Origin: Nemertoderma westbladi
Taxonomy: Eukaryota > Animalia > Xenacoelomorpha
Assembly: GCA_032718475.1 (NCBI GenBank)
Contig: JAUCBJ010005067.1
Location: forward strand, 1 to 61,125
Reading direction: 5' to 3'
DNA length: 61,125 nucleotides
The notes under the pieces are model-generated. The model worked only from the letters and a program-made list of their open reading frames with translations, was not told the DNA's origin and did no database searches. The position numbers were made by a program, and so were the translations under genes. How positions within the stretch are numbered: the stretch's first letter is position 1; the number at the start of each line of letters is the position of its first letter. Below, piece after piece: positions 57,625 through 61,125 of the stretch.

Positions 57625-58837
57625 TTTATTTAATTGACAGGATTGTTTTTGTACCTCTGGAATGATTTAATTTAATATAACAGCATTGTTTTTGTACCTC
57701 TGGAATGATTTAATTTAATTGACAGCATTGTTTTTGTACCTCTGGAATGAACTAATTAATTGACAGCATTGTTTTTGTACCTCTGGAATGATTTAATTTA
57801 ATTGACAGCATTGTTTTTGTACCTCTGGAATGATTTAATTTAATTGACAGCATTGTTTTTGTACCTCTGGAATGATTTAATTTAATTGACAGCATTGTTT
57901 TTGTACCTCTGGAATGATTTAATTTAATTGACAGCATTGTTTTTGTACCTCTGGAATGATTTAATTTAATTGACAGCATTGTTTTTGTACCTCTGGAATG
58001 ATTTAATTTAATTGACAGCATTGTTTTTGTACCTCTGGAATGAACTAATTAATTGACAGCATTGTTTTTGTACCTCTGGAATGATTTAATTTAATTGACA
58101 GCATTGTTTTTGTACCTCTGGAATGATTTAATTTAATTGACAGCATTGTTTTTGTACCTCTGGAATGATTTAATTTAATTGACAGCATTGTTTTTGTACC
58201 TCTGGAATGATTTAATTTAATTGACAGCATTGTTTTTGTACCTCTGGAATGAACTAATTAATTGACAGCATTGTTTTTGTACCTCTGGAATGATTTAATT
58301 TAATTGACAGCATTGTTTTTGTACCTCTGGAATGATTTAATTTAATTGACAGCATTGTTTTTGTACCTCTGGAATGAACTAATTAATTGACAGCATTGTT
58401 TTTGTACCTCTGGAATGATTTAATTTAATTGACAGCATTGTTTTTGTACCTCTGGAATGATTTAATTTAATTGACAGCATTGTTTTTGTACCTCTGGAAT
58501 GATTTAATTTAATTGAAAGCATTGTTTTTGTACTTCTGGAATGAACTAATTAATTGACAGCATTGTTTTTGTACCTCTAGAATGATTTAATTTAATTAAC
58601 AGCATTGTTTTTGTACCACTGGAATGATTTAATTTAATTTACAGCATTGTTTTTCTACCTCTGGAATGATTTAATTTAATTGACAGCATTGTTTTTGTAC
58701 CTCTGGAATGAACTAATTAATTGACAGCATTGTTTTTGTACCTCTGGAATGATTTAATTGAATTGACAGCATTGTTTTTGTACCTCTCGAATGATTTAAT
58801 TGACAGCATTGTTTTTGTACCTCTGGAATGATTTAAT
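57625..58837. repeat. Tandem array of a 41/42-bp unit (aattgacagcattgtttttgtacctctggaatgatttaattt), ~29 copies
   Basis: Directly visible. A variant unit with gaactaatt is interspersed. Confidence 0.97.
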
Positions 58838-60057
58838 GGGCAACTTTGGTTAGGTGGATATGATGACTAAGGTTCGTTGAAATGCAACAAAATGTCTTGC
58901 TGGAATATTTATCTTGTTGTTGTCAAGGTGACCGGGTGCAAAGTTTAAACAACGATCCCATTATGACCGCCAACTAGAAATACAGTAGGGCTACTCTTTA
59001 CAGTATCATTTGCAACATACATTCCTGGTGGCCGTCCTTTGTTTCAAATAATTGCTAACCGAAATTTAATATTCAGGAATGTCGAAATCATGCTATCGCA
59101 GGTCTTGATCTCTGATTGGACAGTTTAGTTTATTGGCACATATTGACCTTTATAAATATGATTCACAATTGACGATTTATAAAGTAAAACGGTGGCAATT
59201 TAACTTAATTTAAACTGACAAACTGAATAAAAATTGTTTTACAGAATCCGTAGACAATTATTCAAATTTTTCACTATAGTTACTACCCTACCATACATGG
59301 CAACGGGAATGTAAAATTTTTTTATAGTCTATTATTCCCTTTAATCACCTACCAAATCTCAAGAACAGAATCCATCGTCGTCTTGAAATACAGTCGCGCA
59401 AAGTTTGAAATTTGCCCCCGTTCCCTTGGCAACTAAAAGGTAAACAAAAGTAGCACATAAGAAGTTTCTAAGGAAATATGAAAATAGTGCAATAAATAGG
59501 GAAAATATCGGTCCACGCTAATTGCGGTTTTTAGAAGGACCCTTTGGCCTGTCTGAGGTAACCCTTATTATTATACTGTAGTATAAATGATGCCTATTGC
59601 ACTTTTCAAAATTTTCACATGTTTTGAAACATTATAGTCCTAATGCATGCAAATATAACTTTGTTTTTGAATTTTTTCGAAAAAATTTAATGAACTTATG
59701 AAAAATTTTGAAAAATGAAAAAAATGATTTACTTTGAAAAAAAATTTGAACATTCTTTTTATTCAAAAAATGTTGAAATTTTGAAAAAAATTTGAAAAAT
59801 AGAAAATTTTTCCCAGAAAAATAGACTTAGTTAGGCCTATATTAGTAACTTATATTTTGTAATTTTATAAGTTTTTGTAAGTAATAAGAAATTCACAAAT
59901 GAATTTTTTTTTCATTTTTTTTTCATTTGGAGCTAGTATGCCTACTGACTACGAAAAGTAACTTTTCACATCGTTATTAGAATCAGCACACCCAAATACC
60001 CCGAAAAACACATTTTTTTTATAAGTTTGACCACCATTGACCATGGAACATTTTTAT

Positions 60058-61125
60058 CAGAGGGGGGTCATCAATTCCAGTTACAGTTACAGTTTCAGTA
60101 TTACAAAGTGTAACATTTCAGTTACAGTTACAGTTTCAGTATTACAAAAATGAGCATTTCAGTTTCAGTTACAGTTTCAGTTATAGATTCAATATATATG
60201 ATCTCACGTAGTAAGCAGTCATCTGAAACTAAAAATGAGGCACTTTAATATATTACGAAACGTCCTCTTTCTAGAGCTAATAGGTAGTTGTTGTAGGAAA
60301 GTTGGACCCACGCTATGGTAATATTTTGTAACTAATATACTGATAGTATGTAATGAAAGTGGCACGTCACAAGATCACACTAAAGGCACCCACATTTTAC
60401 TGTACATCTTGTTTCAGTGCTTGTACAGTACTGTTATCATTTATTGTTTTGGTTATAAAGCCATGCTTCTGAATCCTGTCATTTTCCTTAATTCGTAATT
60501 TGTTTTAGTAATCATATATTTATTGTTTTGGTTAGACCCACCTTGATAAGCTGCTCCTTTCACTTTTAAGTTTAATTTTGTAATTTATAATGGTAAACTT
60601 GATCAAAATTTAATTTCCAGTGTGCCTCTAGTGTGATTGTGATATTAATAGTACCGGTAAAAACATTAATAATTAATAATGTAAAATATATATCCGTTAA
60701 TATCCCTCTACCATTAGGCCTAACTTTTCTTTGTTTATCTAAAACATTTACATTTAATATGAAGTGGTGATAAGGCTGATAATAGTCTAATAGTTGAGAC
60801 AGATAAACATAGACTATATGCTACTGTAGATCTTCGTCCACTACTTGATTCGCCAAATAAATCACATTTGAGCTAAGTTGGCAATGGGTCTTTGATTTTA
60901 TATTGTGTAATATTATGGTTTTGTTCAGAAGTGAAAAAAAAGAGATTGTTTTTTTATAACAATGTTTTAAAAATGATACCTATGGTAACCACTGTTATTC
61001 ATTTATTAAACTATACTCTATACTTTATTACAATACTGTTTTAAATGCTCATTCATGTTAATTGTGTGATTGAGAACTGAATCGGATTTTGTTAATTTCA
61101 GTTTCAGTTACAGTATTCAATTACA
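60058..61125. repeat. cagttacagtt(a/t)cagt subterminal-type repeats, probably one end of an element running off the window
   Basis: Clusters at ~60079-60183 and ~61098-61125. The other end is not visible. Confidence 0.4.

Noticed and set aside
44649-58837. Regular arrays at 44.7-47.1 kb, 48.9-50.7 kb and 57.6-58.8 kb as CRISPR arrays or repeat proteins
   Set aside because: The units are head-to-tail with no unique spacers, there are no cas genes and the context is eukaryotic. The repeat ORFs are broken by frame-shifting variant units.

Overview
AT-rich eukaryotic genomic DNA with GT-AG introns. The invertebrate-type opine dehydrogenase, Ly6/Quiver-like gene and TRAIP-like gene point to an invertebrate animal, probably marine. 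Left to right the genes are: an intronless COP9 signalosome subunit 3 (-); a 7-exon Spinster-family MFS transporter (+) carrying an RTE-type LINE and an inverted 68-bp copy of that LINE's 3' end in its introns; an intronless octopine/opine dehydrogenase (+); and an 8-exon NOG1/GTPBP4 gene (-) spread over 30 kb. The last two NOG1 introns host four single-exon genes: a DUF4062-NACHT-like NTPase ending in a PHF5A/Rds3-like zinc cluster, a TRAIP-like RING ligase, a GPI-anchored three-finger protein and a frameshifted orphan membrane ORF. Several tandem arrays are built from gene landmarks. A 46-bp unit spans the NOG1 exon 5 splice donor and fills that intron, a 31-bp unit carries branch-point-like motifs, and a 42-bp unit spans a stop codon. 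Many non-autonomous TIR elements, a SINE and satellites are also present. All calls come from reading the sequence by eye; no database search was run.
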